Positions 17,844 to 27,600 are shown, counted from the first letter of the stretch. The stretch: DNA of 64,000 bases from Chloroflexia bacterium (GCA_036172265.1 JASFBA010000017.1:8431-72430); one strand, 5' to 3'. Notes: generated from the sequence alone by a model not told the origin. Numbers and translations are program-made.

Positions 17844-18818
17844 ATGCGTGTGCTGGTGACCGGAGCCTCGGGCTTTGCCGGAAGCCATCTCTGCGAGCAC
17901 CTCCTGGTGCAGGGAGATGAGGTTTTTGCGCTCTGTTTTGCCGGATGTTCTACGGGGAACCTTCAGGGCATCCAGGAAGACATTGCGGTGCTTTCCGGTG
18001 ACCTTCTGGACCGGGAGTGGACGGCCCAGGTGGTGGCCGAAGTTCGGCCCGAGGCCATCTACCACCTGGCCGGCCTGGCCTCTCCCAGCGCCTCCTTCGC
18101 CGATCCGGCCGGCACGTTGACCAACAATGTCCTGGCCCAGGTGCACCTCTTTCAGGCCATCCTGGAGGCCGGTCTGGACCCGGTGGTGTTGGTGATCGGT
18201 TCGAGCGAGGAATACGGGATGGTCCGCCCGGAGGAGGTGCCGATAGACGAGGATACCCCCCTCCGGCCGGCCAATCCCTACGCCGTGAGCAAGGTGGCCC
18301 AGGATTTCCTGGGCCTGCAGTATTTTCTCAGCCACCGTTTACGAACGGTGCGGGTGCGTCCCTTCAACCACATCGGTCCACGTCAGGCCCTGGGCTTTGT
18401 CGCTGCCGATTTTGCCTATCAGATCGCCTCCATCGAGGCTGGGCGGCAGATGCCGATCCTCCGCGTGGGCAACTTGAATACCCGCCGCGACTTTACCGAC
18501 GTACGCGATATGGTGCGGGCCTATGCCTTGGCCGTGGCCTACGGCGAACCGGGGGAGGTCTATAACATCGGTAGCGACGAGGGGCGTACCATCGCCGAAA
18601 TCCTGGATATCTTCCTGAGCCTCAGCCGGGTGAAGGTGCACGTTGAGACCGATCCGACCCGTCTGCGTTCCGCCGACATTCCGGTCCTGGTCTGCGACAG
18701 CCGCCGTTTTCGCCGGCGCACCGGTTGGCAGCCCCGTATCCCGCTGGAGCAAACCCTTCGGGATACCCTGGATTACTGGCGAAGGCGTGTGGAAGTGGAA
18801 GCGGGCGGCACCCATTGA
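17844..18818 (+). CDS. NAD-dependent epimerase/dehydratase (extended SDR, sugar-nucleotide modifying)
   Basis: MRVLVTGASGFAGSHL (GxxGxxG), YAVSK (YxxxK). Start at internal ATG 17844 of track ORF 17616..18818. Confidence 0.8.
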   Translation: MRVLVTGASGFAGSHLCEHLLVQGDEVFALCFAGCSTGNLQGIQEDIAVLSGDLLDREWTAQVVAEVRPEAIYHLAGLASPSASFADPAGTLTNNVLAQVHLFQAILEAGLDPVVLVIGSSEEYGMVRPEEVPIDEDTPLRPANPYAVSKVAQDFLGLQYFLSHRLRTVRVRPFNHIGPRQALGFVAADFAYQIASIEAGRQMPILRVGNLNTRRDFTDVRDMVRAYALAVAYGEPGEVYNIGSDEGRTIAEILDIFLSLSRVKVHVETDPTRLRSADIPVLVCDSRRFRRRTGWQPRIPLEQTLRDTLDYWRRRVEVEAGGTH

Positions 18819-18833
18819 GCGAGGGAGGAAGAG

Positions 18834-21200
18834 ATGGCTGAACTCGCCTGGCAGGAAACAAGCCGGGGCATCCTTCTGGGAAACTCCTTCTGGCGACTCG
18901 ATTATGACCTTCTCCTGGGCCTTTTCAACTTGACCTCGCCCCGTTTCCCCACCTTTCAATTGCGCTGGGCACGCTCCGGAGCCCTCTACTTCCGGGGACG
19001 GAGCCGGGGAAGCGTTGGCAGTGACGATTGCCGGCAGCGGAGTTGGAACGTGCAGATGCTAGAGGATAAGCGCGGCCCGGGGTTGCTTCTCACCATATCG
19101 TGCCGAGACGGCCGCCGGCCAGCCCTGGAGTTCCGGGCCACTTTGTACGAAAGGTCTCCCCTTCTTGTCCTAGAGGTGGCCCTGCACAATACCCTGGCTG
19201 AACCGATCGCCGTAAGTGCCCTGCAGCCGCTGGAACTGGACCCCGAATGGGGAGGCCGGATTTCCCTGGGGCCTCCCCTCTCCGGATTTTACAGCGCTGG
19301 ATGGCAATCGTGGTCGCCGGCGGCCTGGCGGCCGGCTACAGCCCGGCCCCTGCACCCTCATCTGGGTCCGCTCACTATACCGATGCACGATGCCCCTTCC
19401 CTTTTCCCCGCCGGCCCTGGTTATTTCTACGCCGACCTGGTCGGCGTGTTGACCTCGGCAGGAGGGCCGGCCCTCTTGGCCGGCCTGTTGACCACGGCCG
19501 ATCAGTTCGGCCGATTCCAGGCGCGCCTGGGCCGGGGACAGGCCAGACTGACCTTTGCTTGCGCTGTTGACGGCCTGCCCCTCTCTCCTGGCGAACGCTT
19601 GTCCTCCGAGCGAGTTGCCCTCCTCCTGGCCGATTTCCGAGAAGGAATCCTGGAGACCTACGCCGAGGCGCTGGGCGAGGAAATGGAGGCTCTGGTTGGG
19701 GAAACCTCCCCTAGCGGTTGGTGTAGTTGGACCGCTTTTTATCAAGATCTGGCCGAGGAGGACATCCTGCGACAGGTGGACTGGCTCAGCCGCCATCGGG
19801 ATAAAGTGCCGGTTGAGGTCATCCAGGTGGATGACGGCTGGGAACAAGCGGTGGGCGATTGGAGGGCCAACGAGCGTTTCCCTCACGGGATGACGCATCT
19901 GGCCGAGGCAATTCGGCAGGCCGGCTTCCGACCCGGCCTCTGGTTGGCCCCTTTTATCGTCCATCCTCGTTCCCAATTGGCGAAAGCCCATCCGGAGTGG
20001 TTGCTCCAGGACGAGCGCGGCCGACCGGTCAACGCCGGCTACGGCTGGGGCGACTTTTGCTCCGGCCTGGATCTCACCCTGCCGGAGGTACAGGACTGGC
20101 TACGTCGGCTCATTTCCACCATTACGGAAGAGTGGGGGTATACCTACCTCAAGTTGGATTTCCTCTATGCCGCTTCCCTGCCGGCCTGTCGTCGCCGGCC
20201 GGATGTTACCCGTGCCCAGGTGTTGCGCCGGGGACTGGAGATCATCCGCGAAGTTGCCGGGGAGGAGACCTTCCTCCTGGGCTGTGGCTGTCCGCTGGGG
20301 CCGGCTATCGGCCTGGTGGATGCTATGCGTGTCGGCACCGACATCTCTCCGAACTGGCGGCCGCGGCAAGGCCTGATCACCCCGCTTGTGCGAGGGGATC
20401 CGACTTTTCCCTCCACAGCCAGTTGTTTGCGCAACACCCTTACTCGTTCCTGGATGCATCGTCGCCTGTGGCTAAACGATCCGGATGCCCTCATCCTTCG
20501 CCAGGCAGATAGCCGTCTGACTCCGGCCGAGGTACGCAGTCTACTGACCGTTGCGGCCCTGAGTGGCGGGTGCTGGATGTTAGGCGATGACCTGCCTTCT
20601 CTGGAGGGTGAACGTCAACTCTGGGCGGTGCTGGGCCTGCCGCCCCATCGGGGAAGGATGCATGTTCTGGACCTCCTGCGGCAGGAGGTGCCGGAGCAGG
20701 TAGTCCTGGAACGGAGCGGCCCCTGGGGGCAGGGCCGACTGGTGGCCCTCTTCAACTGGAGCGAACGGCCGGCCGAGCGCTCTTTGGAGATGACCTCTCT
20801 GGGATGGCCGGCGGATTGTCTCTATCACGGGCACGAATTCTGGAGCGGAATGTACCTTCGTTTCCAAGGCGATCTTCGCCTTGCCCTGGAGCCGCACGGC
20901 TGTGCCGCCTTCATGCTGCGGCCGGTCGAGGAGGGTCCCCAGTGGCTTGGCTCCACTTTACACCTCCTCCAAGGAGAGGAAGTCCAGGGTTGGGAAAGTG
21001 ATGATCGGGGAGTATCTCTTACCCTGGATGCCGGGCGGGCGCTTTGGGGGAACATCGTCCTGGGGCTTCCCTTCCCTTCTTTCCAGGTGCAGAGCACGCC
21101 GAGAGAAGGGGTGGAACGTCTGGAGTCCGTGGCCGAGGGGGTCTGGAGGTTGCATTTGCGGACAAAGGAGGCGGGACCTCTGCATCTGACCATTCGTTGA
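18834..21200 (+). CDS. GH36-like alpha-galactosidase family protein
   Basis: ..WCSWTAFYQDL..VIQVDDGWEQAVGDW..FRPGLWLAPF..YTYLKLDFLYAA..GCGCPLGP..ND PDAL pattern typical of melibiase-type TIM barrels. The precise activity is not inferable. Confidence 0.65.
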   Translation: MAELAWQETSRGILLGNSFWRLDYDLLLGLFNLTSPRFPTFQLRWARSGALYFRGRSRGSVGSDDCRQRSWNVQMLEDKRGPGLLLTISCRDGRRPALEFRATLYERSPLLVLEVALHNTLAEPIAVSALQPLELDPEWGGRISLGPPLSGFYSAGWQSWSPAAWRPATARPLHPHLGPLTIPMHDAPSLFPAGPGYFYADLVGVLTSAGGPALLAGLLTTADQFGRFQARLGRGQARLTFACAVDGLPLSPGERLSSERVALLLADFREGILETYAEALGEEMEALVGETSPSGWCSWTAFYQDLAEEDILRQVDWLSRHRDKVPVEVIQVDDGWEQAVGDWRANERFPHGMTHLAEAIRQAGFRPGLWLAPFIVHPRSQLAKAHPEWLLQDERGRPVNAGYGWGDFCSGLDLTLPEVQDWLRRLISTITEEWGYTYLKLDFLYAASLPACRRRPDVTRAQVLRRGLEIIREVAGEETFLLGCGCPLGPAIGLVDAMRVGTDISPNWRPRQGLITPLVRGDPTFPSTASCLRNTLTRSWMHRRLWLNDPDALILRQADSRLTPAEVRSLLTVAALSGGCWMLGDDLPSLEGERQLWAVLGLPPHRGRMHVLDLLRQEVPEQVVLERSGPWGQGRLVALFNWSERPAERSLEMTSLGWPADCLYHGHEFWSGMYLRFQGDLRLALEPHGCAAFMLRPVEEGPQWLGSTLHLLQGEEVQGWESDDRGVSLTLDAGRALWGNIVLGLPFPSFQVQSTPREGVERLESVAEGVWRLHLRTKEAGPLHLTIR

Positions 21201-21210
21201 AATTCCCCGT

Positions 21211-21239
21211 TTGACAAAGGTCGTCCGGTTTGTTACAAT
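21211..21239 (+). promoter_or_regulatory. promoter of tRNA-Pro (and probably lgt)
   Basis: TTGACA-N17-TACAAT, 22 nt before the tRNA 5' end. Confidence 0.6.
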
Positions 21240-21261
21240 TTTTTTGACCGATAGGCTGGAT

Positions 21262-21335
21262 CGGGGTGTGGCGCAGCCTGGTAGCGCACCTGAATTGGGA
21301 TCAGGCGGTCGCCCGTTCAAATCGGGCCACCCCGA
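21262..21335 (+). tRNA. tRNA-Pro (TGG)
   Basis: Manual cloverleaf of 74 nt: CGGGGTG/CACCCCG acceptor stem, anticodon loop ATTGGGA, T-loop TTCAAAT. Confidence 0.9.
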
Positions 21336-21385
21336 TTGAGGTTTCAGGCAGAGCACGTACCCGCAAGGGTAGAAAGGAGAAATCC

Positions 21386-22381
21386 TTGGCCAACCAACCT
21401 TCTGAACTCCGTTCCTCTTTCCTCAACCGGGTGGGGCAGTTCTTCAGGGGTATGGGCCTTTTCCGGTTGCTGCTCTTTTTTCTAGCACTGGTGCTGCTGG
21501 TAATTCTGGCGATCCGTGGTGTGGCGACCTGGCAGGGGCGCGGCGATCCGGTAGCCTTTCGCCTCGGGGCGCTGGAGGTGCACTGGTATGGGATCATCCT
21601 GATGTCGGGGGCGTTGGCCGGGGGCTTTTTGGGCGAGTATCAGGCTCGCCGGCACGGGATCAACCCGGAACATGCCTGGAATATCCTTCTCTGGGGTGTT
21701 ATCGCCGGTGTGATCGTTTCCCGGTTCTGGTACGTCCTGGGCTCCTGGAAGGAATTTGCCGGCGACCCCTTGCGCATCATAGGTTTTGAGAACGGCGTCT
21801 TTGTTGGGCTGCGGGGGTTGACCATCCACGGCGCGCTCCTGGGGGCGGTGCTGGCGGTGGCCCTCTATAACTGGCGCAACCGGCTTGACTTCTGGGGCGT
21901 CCTGGACCTCGGCGCTCCGTGTTTCGCCCTGGGCCAGGCCATCGGGCGGTGGGGCAACTTTTTCAATATGGAGGCCTACGGTCCACCGACGACGCTGCCC
22001 TGGGGGCTGTACATTGGAGCGGGGCACCGAATTTCTCCCTACGACGATCTGCTCACCTATCCGCCTAGCACCCGGTTTCATCCGACCTTTCTCTACGAGA
22101 GCCTGATGAACTTGGCCATCTGTCTTTTCCTGCTCTGGGTATTGCGCCGCCTTGTCGAACGTCTGGTGCGAGGCGAGGTGTTTCTCTTTTATGTGATGCT
22201 CTATTCGGCCGGCCGCTTCGGGCTGGAGTTTCTGCGTACCGACAGCGTGATGCTGGGGCCATTCCCGGCTGCCCAGGTGACCAGCGTGGGGCTGTTTGTC
22301 CTGGCCGTCCTTCTGCTGGCGGCCCGGCGCTGGGTGTGGAGAAAGCCCAAAGGTTCGCCCTGGCCCGAAAGGGAAGGATAA
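21386..22381 (+). CDS. lgt: prolipoprotein diacylglyceryl transferase
   Basis: ..HWYGIILMSGALAG..GRWGNFFNMEAYG..FHPTFLYESL..YSAGRFGLEFLR. TTG 21386 lies behind AAAGGAGA. The track ORF start 21266 lies inside tRNA-Pro. Confidence 0.88.
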   Translation: MANQPSELRSSFLNRVGQFFRGMGLFRLLLFFLALVLLVILAIRGVATWQGRGDPVAFRLGALEVHWYGIILMSGALAGGFLGEYQARRHGINPEHAWNILLWGVIAGVIVSRFWYVLGSWKEFAGDPLRIIGFENGVFVGLRGLTIHGALLGAVLAVALYNWRNRLDFWGVLDLGAPCFALGQAIGRWGNFFNMEAYGPPTTLPWGLYIGAGHRISPYDDLLTYPPSTRFHPTFLYESLMNLAICLFLLWVLRRLVERLVRGEVFLFYVMLYSAGRFGLEFLRTDSVMLGPFPAAQVTSVGLFVLAVLLLAARRWVWRKPKGSPWPEREG

Positions 22382-22466
22382 TGGGCGAGGGGGCACGGCT
22401 GAACGAGGAAGAACTTTCTCGCCCAACGGTCTATCCGGCGAGGATGTGCGGGTAAAGTAGGTTGAG

Positions 22467-24884
22467 ATGGCTGTTTCCTCTGCCGGCCGGATGGGCCGGC
22501 TTCGTCTTTTCCCGCTGGTGATTTGCACCCTCCTGGTGCTCTATGGGATGTTGGGGCTGCTGTTTGTATTGCACCTGCCGGAGCGCCTTTTTCAGGCGGC
22601 GGCGCTCTGGCAGGACATAGGGGTTTTCGGTCGCCTTTCGGGATTGGGTATACCGCTTTCCTGGGAGTTGCCGGAGTGGCTGAGGGTGGTGGAAGCCCAT
22701 TTCGAGGCCGGGGGGTGGCTGGTATGGCCGGCTTGGGGGATTGGATGTCTGGGCCTGGTGTTCCTGGCTGGCGGACGGCCAGGCGAAATGCCATCCCGTC
22801 GCTTTTCCTGGTCGGATGTCCTAGTCCTTTTCCTCCTTGCAGGTGTCCTTTTCCTGGGCTATGACTTGCGGGCGCGTTTTCTCCTGCCGCGGGCCGATGG
22901 AGCGGTTCCGGCTTCGCACTACGATGAGATGGTTTACCTGGAGGGGACGCTCCTCTGGCGGAATGGGGCGATGCCCTATCGAGACTTTATGCTGGCCCAT
23001 CCTCCCGGCATCCTCTATGCCTTCTGGCCGGCCACCTTCTTTGCCGAAAGGTGGGGTGGACCGGTCTATCTCGTTGCCGGGCGATGGATACAGTTGCTTT
23101 GCGGGCTTTTCAGTCTGCTGCTCCTCTACCTGGTCGGCCGGAGGCTAGGGGGACGCTGGGGTGGGGTTCTTGCGGCGCTTGTGCTGGCGGTAGACGTTCA
23201 GGCGGTACAGGTAGCGCCGCTGGAGACGGTGGTCAACCTGGCCACGGTGGCAGCGTTGGCCCTGTATCTGCTAGGGGGACGTATGAAGCAGGGCGGGGTG
23301 CGCTTCTTGCTGATGGCTGCTTCTGGGGGGTGTGCGGCGGGAGCGATGCTGGCCAAAGCGCCGGGGGGGGTTGCCCTCTTCCTTCTTGCCCTGTCGGCCC
23401 TGGGGGGCAAGAGATGGTGGGACCTCCTGGCCGGCGCGGTGGGCGCGGCGGCCACGGCGCTTCTTCTGGCCGGCCCCTTCTTCTTCCCAGCGGCGGAGGA
23501 CTTCTGGCATCAGGTACTGGCTTTCCAGGTCCTGCGGCCCCAGGAGACGGTCGTCGGGCGCAACCACCTGGCGCGCATGGCCGACTATCCGGAGTCGCGC
23601 CTCACCTTCTTCCTAGTGGCGGTCGCGGTGGTGCTGGCCACGGCCGTGCTTCTTAGGGAGGCTTGGCGGGCCGGGCTGGGGCGCCGTGGCCGCCGCGCCC
23701 AAGTGGGCATGGCCGGCTGGCTCCTCCCTCTGACCCTGACGGTGCTTCTCCTGCTCCTCCTTTTTTCCTACGGCCGGGCCTATCACTCCCGTTACTATAT
23801 CCAGTTGGTGGTGCCCCTGGCGCTTCTGGTAGCGGTGGGGATCGGGCTGTTTCAGGAGGGATGGCGGGATTGGCCGTACTGGGGGCGGGTTCCTGCCGGG
23901 GTCGTCCTGGCGGCCTTGATCCTCTTTGCCCTGCCCCTGCTGGAGGAGCAACGCCAGGTCGGACGGGAGGTGGAGTACGACGGCCTGGGGCGGGGGCATG
24001 TCTACGGGTCGGTGGGGGAGGCCCTTCGGGGGGCCGTGCCCGAGGGGGTAGAAGTGCTGGCCTTGGACCCGGGCTATGTGCTGATGGCCAATCGGCCACC
24101 GGCCCGTCTGCCCGGCGGCACCTATGTGGTGGACGGTTCAGGCCTGTTGTTCTATCGGGCGTTGGGAATCGGCGAGATGGGATGGGGGGAGGTCTGGGAT
24201 GCAGCGCAACGGTTGCCCCGGGTTATGGATCCGGCGGAGATCGAGGAGAAGCGTAAGGAGGTCCTGCACCGGCCGGAGGCGCAGGATGTGATCGCTTCGG
24301 CGCTGTACCGAGCAGGGGCGGCGGTCGTGGATATGCGTATTGCCGCCGATGCTCAGGCGCCGGCGATGACTCCACAGACGCAGGAACTGGTGAAAACACG
24401 GGGGCGGCAGATTTTCTCCCGGGAGTACACCGAGGCCTACCTGGTAGAACGGCGGTCATTTCTGGGGCGCAGCAGTGTTGGGCTGAACCTGTGGGATGTG
24501 AATTTACGGTTGCTCTCTTCCGATGGGGCGTGGCGGAAGTCGGCGTTGCCGGGGGAAGTGCTGGAAGTTTCGCCGGGCGAGGTGGTGCAGATCTCGCTGT
24601 ACGAATATGTGGAGAGCCCGCCAACCGGCCCGTTGAAGGTGAACCTGGAACTGTGGGATGGACGGGGGGACATTGAGGGATATGTGCGGGGGAGTTTGCA
24701 TGGCGACGGGAAATGGACGGCCGGCTGGGTATATCAGGATCACTATAACCTCCCGATTCGACCGGATGTCCGACTGGGGGAGTATCGGCTGTACCTGACT
24801 CTGTTGGATGGCACGGGGAAGGCCGTCTCCTGGGAAGGGGGAGAGAGCCGGCTATTCCTGGGAGTGGTGAGGGTGGTGCGGTGA
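22467..24884 (+). CDS. large polytopic membrane glycosyltransferase-like protein (GT-C fold, ArnT/PMT_2-like) with extracytoplasmic C-terminal domain
   Basis: 805 aa, more than 10 hydrophobic segments, a first-loop HYDEMVYLEG acidic motif as in the GT39/GT83 families, and a soluble C-terminal part of about 250 aa. Confidence 0.6.
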   Translation: MAVSSAGRMGRLRLFPLVICTLLVLYGMLGLLFVLHLPERLFQAAALWQDIGVFGRLSGLGIPLSWELPEWLRVVEAHFEAGGWLVWPAWGIGCLGLVFLAGGRPGEMPSRRFSWSDVLVLFLLAGVLFLGYDLRARFLLPRADGAVPASHYDEMVYLEGTLLWRNGAMPYRDFMLAHPPGILYAFWPATFFAERWGGPVYLVAGRWIQLLCGLFSLLLLYLVGRRLGGRWGGVLAALVLAVDVQAVQVAPLETVVNLATVAALALYLLGGRMKQGGVRFLLMAASGGCAAGAMLAKAPGGVALFLLALSALGGKRWWDLLAGAVGAAATALLLAGPFFFPAAEDFWHQVLAFQVLRPQETVVGRNHLARMADYPESRLTFFLVAVAVVLATAVLLREAWRAGLGRRGRRAQVGMAGWLLPLTLTVLLLLLLFSYGRAYHSRYYIQLVVPLALLVAVGIGLFQEGWRDWPYWGRVPAGVVLAALILFALPLLEEQRQVGREVEYDGLGRGHVYGSVGEALRGAVPEGVEVLALDPGYVLMANRPPARLPGGTYVVDGSGLLFYRALGIGEMGWGEVWDAAQRLPRVMDPAEIEEKRKEVLHRPEAQDVIASALYRAGAAVVDMRIAADAQAPAMTPQTQELVKTRGRQIFSREYTEAYLVERRSFLGRSSVGLNLWDVNLRLLSSDGAWRKSALPGEVLEVSPGEVVQISLYEYVESPPTGPLKVNLELWDGRGDIEGYVRGSLHGDGKWTAGWVYQDHYNLPIRPDVRLGEYRLYLTLLDGTGKAVSWEGGESRLFLGVVRVVR

Positions 24885-26896
24885 AGAACTTCTGGCGTGA
24901 AGAAGCCGGGATATTGTGGAAGAGCCTGCGGCATCCGGCCTTTTTCCTGGTGGTTGGGTTCTTCCTGGTAGTCTACGGTGTGGTTCTGCACTTGCCTTTC
25001 GTACTGGACCTGGATGTGGGAGCCGGGCTGGAGCCACCGCGGATGAACAGTTTCGATCACCTGATCGGGAGGACCTTTGAGGAAAGGGTGGGCCGGCCTT
25101 ATGAAGCAACCTTTCTGGAGGGTTTCTACGCAGAGGAACGTTTGGGGGGAGAGACGCTGCGCTGGAGCGAACCAGAGGCGTACCTGCGGGTTGGCGGAGT
25201 AGCCCGGGGGCCGCATCTTCTGCGTCTGCGGATGCGAGGGGCTTCGGTGGAGAGCAAGACCCGACTGGACATTGGAGGCCATCTTCTGGCCGAACTTGTT
25301 CCGCCGGCCTCGTGGTATGTCTATGACTTTGTGTTGGACCCTGGCTTCTGGACCGGCAACTCCGTAGTTGTGCGCTTTTCCAGCACCCCGGTTCGTCCTG
25401 GCGGAGAGGACGTGCGCCCTCTGGGGGTGGGGTTGGAACGGGCGACCTGGGTGGGGTGGGAGTACGGCCGGCGACTTTACTTGCCGCCGCTGGCGCTGGC
25501 TCTGGCCGGTGTGGTGGCTTTGTTCCACCTGGGGTTGTGCCGGGCCGGGCTGAGGAGCAAGTTGGCGGGAGGAGGATCTTCTCTCCTGGGAACGGTGTTG
25601 CTGGCCGGTCTGCTGGCGGCACGGCCCTTTACGGCCGCCTATGCCGGGGGCCTTTTGAAAGCGGCAGCGCTTTCTTACCCGTTGCTTGTCCTGGTGTTAC
25701 GGGCGGCGGCTGCCCTTCTGCACCAGGGGCAGGTTTTTCCTCGGAAGCAGACATGGTCGTTTCTGGCCGTGCTCTTTCTGGTACTTTTTCTGCTCCGTTT
25801 TGGAGGTGCCCTTTCTCCGCGCTATGCTGCCCACGATGCCCTTTTCCATGTGAACCAGTTGCTTTTTGCCGAACGGGGCATGCTCTTTGTCCCGCACCTT
25901 TCCATCGAGGCGCAATTCATCCCCGATCCTTATCCGAGGGCCTTTTACGTACTTCTAGCGCCATTGACGCTGCTTGTAGAAAATCGGGAGGTCCTGCTGG
26001 CCTTGGTTCTGGCGGTTCTGGGAAGCAGCGAGGTTTTCCTTCTGTGGTTCCTGGCGCGCCAGATGGTGGATGAACAGACCGGCCGGTGGGTTGTCCTGCT
26101 CTACGTGGCCTTTCCGATCGGATGGGGGGCATACTGGAGCGGCATCTACACCAACCTTTTTGCTTCCTGGCTGGTTTTGCTGGTAGCAGTAGGTATAGTT
26201 TTGGCTTTTCAGGGGAAAGTTTCGACTTCGTTGGGGCTGTGGATGCCCTTGTGGGGGCTTTTCCTTTTGGCGCATTTTGGAATGCTGATTCTTTGGATTC
26301 CCGTGCTTCTGCTCTGGGGCCTTGTGCTTTACAGGTGGGGAAGGGGCCGGCAACGGTGGGTTCTGCGTTGGTTGTTGCTGGCTTTGCTGGGATCCACTTT
26401 GCTCTCGATCGTGCTTTACTACAGTGCCTTCGCTGACTTTTTCCGCACGATGCTTCAACTCCCCCTTTCCTCGTTCCGGGAAGCGGCTGGTTCAGGTGGA
26501 GGAGTTGGCCTTTCGCCGGAGCGGACGAGGGCAGAACTGGAGGTCTGGTGGCGATGGGGGGTTATGGTAGGCTATAGTGGAATAGGGATGGGGTTGGGGC
26601 TGTTGGGATTGGCAACCAAGCGAAAGAGCACGGTCCTCGGCCTTTTCCAAATGATGTTGGTTGTGGCGGTTTTCTTTTGGGCCATCTCGATGCTGACCTT
26701 TTTCTTCACCCGTTATATGCTTTTCCTGTTGCCGCCGGTAGCCGTAGGTACCGGGGTGGTCTTGGCAAACTGGTGGCGGAGGGGGCCGGCTGGCCGTATC
26801 GTTGCTGCGGTGCTTGCAGGGTATATGGGGTGGATGACGCTCTCGATGTGGGTAGGGCTGTGCCTTTTCGGCCTGCGACCGTTACACGTGATCTAG
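24881..26896 (+). CDS. large polytopic membrane protein (possible second GT-C-type enzyme) with N-terminal extracytoplasmic domain
   Basis: 671 aa. The GTGA start overlaps the previous stop. TM1, then a soluble domain of about 190 aa, then more than 10 TM segments. Family not recognised. Confidence 0.55.
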   Translation: MKNFWREEAGILWKSLRHPAFFLVVGFFLVVYGVVLHLPFVLDLDVGAGLEPPRMNSFDHLIGRTFEERVGRPYEATFLEGFYAEERLGGETLRWSEPEAYLRVGGVARGPHLLRLRMRGASVESKTRLDIGGHLLAELVPPASWYVYDFVLDPGFWTGNSVVVRFSSTPVRPGGEDVRPLGVGLERATWVGWEYGRRLYLPPLALALAGVVALFHLGLCRAGLRSKLAGGGSSLLGTVLLAGLLAARPFTAAYAGGLLKAAALSYPLLVLVLRAAAALLHQGQVFPRKQTWSFLAVLFLVLFLLRFGGALSPRYAAHDALFHVNQLLFAERGMLFVPHLSIEAQFIPDPYPRAFYVLLAPLTLLVENREVLLALVLAVLGSSEVFLLWFLARQMVDEQTGRWVVLLYVAFPIGWGAYWSGIYTNLFASWLVLLVAVGIVLAFQGKVSTSLGLWMPLWGLFLLAHFGMLILWIPVLLLWGLVLYRWGRGRQRWVLRWLLLALLGSTLLSIVLYYSAFADFFRTMLQLPLSSFREAAGSGGGVGLSPERTRAELEVWWRWGVMVGYSGIGMGLGLLGLATKRKSTVLGLFQMMLVVAVFFWAISMLTFFFTRYMLFLLPPVAVGTGVVLANWWRRGPAGRIVAAVLAGYMGWMTLSMWVGLCLFGLRPLHVI

Positions 26897-26915
26897 TATT
26901 GACATAATTATGCAC

Positions 26916-26944
26916 TTGCCTTCTCGAAGCATTCGTGGTAAAAT
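26916..26944 (+). promoter_or_regulatory. candidate promoter of the DedA gene
   Basis: TTGCCT-N17-TAAAAT with a TGg extension. Confidence 0.5.
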
Positions 26945-26970
26945 TTATCGGTAAAGAGGTAGCATATCCG

Positions 26971-27582
26971 ATGGATGCAGGGCATGGTGTTCCGGTTCAG
27001 GAGGTGATGTGTCCCGGTTGGGCCGCTGGGTGGCGGGCTTTCTGGCGGGAAAACGGGCGTTATCTGATCTCGATTCTGGCCTCGGTGGTGTTGACGGCCG
27101 TGCTCGTGCTCCTGCCGGTCTTTTTCCCGGTGGACTATTCGGCGTTAGGGGGGTATGGGTATCTAGGGGTTTTCCTGGCGACGCTTTTGCCCAGCGCGAC
27201 GGTTATTTTTCCCAGCCCCACGCTGGCGGCGGCCTTGATCGCCGGCACTTTTCTGAACCCTTTTCTGGTAGGGTTGGTGGCCGGGCTGGGAGCTGCGCTG
27301 GGGGAAATTACGGGGTATATGGCTGGCTATGGGGGCAGTGTTCTGGTTGCCCGTTCTTCCCGTTACCGCCGTATTCGGGAGGTGGTGGGGCGTTATGGTC
27401 TGATGGCCATTGCTGTTTTGGCCTTTATCCCCAACCCCTTTTTCGATCTAGCGGGCATTGCCTCGGGCACAGCCCGTGTCCCGCTATGGCGGTTTTTGCT
27501 GGTCTGTTTTTTGGGCAAGGCTGCACGCTTTATCCTGATCGCTTATCTGGGCTATTGGGGTGTAGCCTGGGGACTGATGTAA
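26971..27582 (+). CDS. DedA/VTT-domain (SNARE-associated) membrane protein
   Basis: ..GYLGVFLATLLPSATVIFPSP..GAALGEITGYMAGYGG..FIPNPFFDLAGIASG. ATG 26971 chosen because the predicted -10 lies at 26939. Confidence 0.75.
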   Translation: MDAGHGVPVQEVMCPGWAAGWRAFWRENGRYLISILASVVLTAVLVLLPVFFPVDYSALGGYGYLGVFLATLLPSATVIFPSPTLAAALIAGTFLNPFLVGLVAGLGAALGEITGYMAGYGGSVLVARSSRYRRIREVVGRYGLMAIAVLAFIPNPFFDLAGIASGTARVPLWRFLLVCFLGKAARFILIAYLGYWGVAWGLM

Positions 27583-27600
27583 CTTACAGGAGGAGTGGGA

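Noticed and set aside
21266-21385. 5' part of track ORF 21266..22381.
   Set aside because: It reads through tRNA-Pro. Lgt homology and a good SD begin at TTG 21386.
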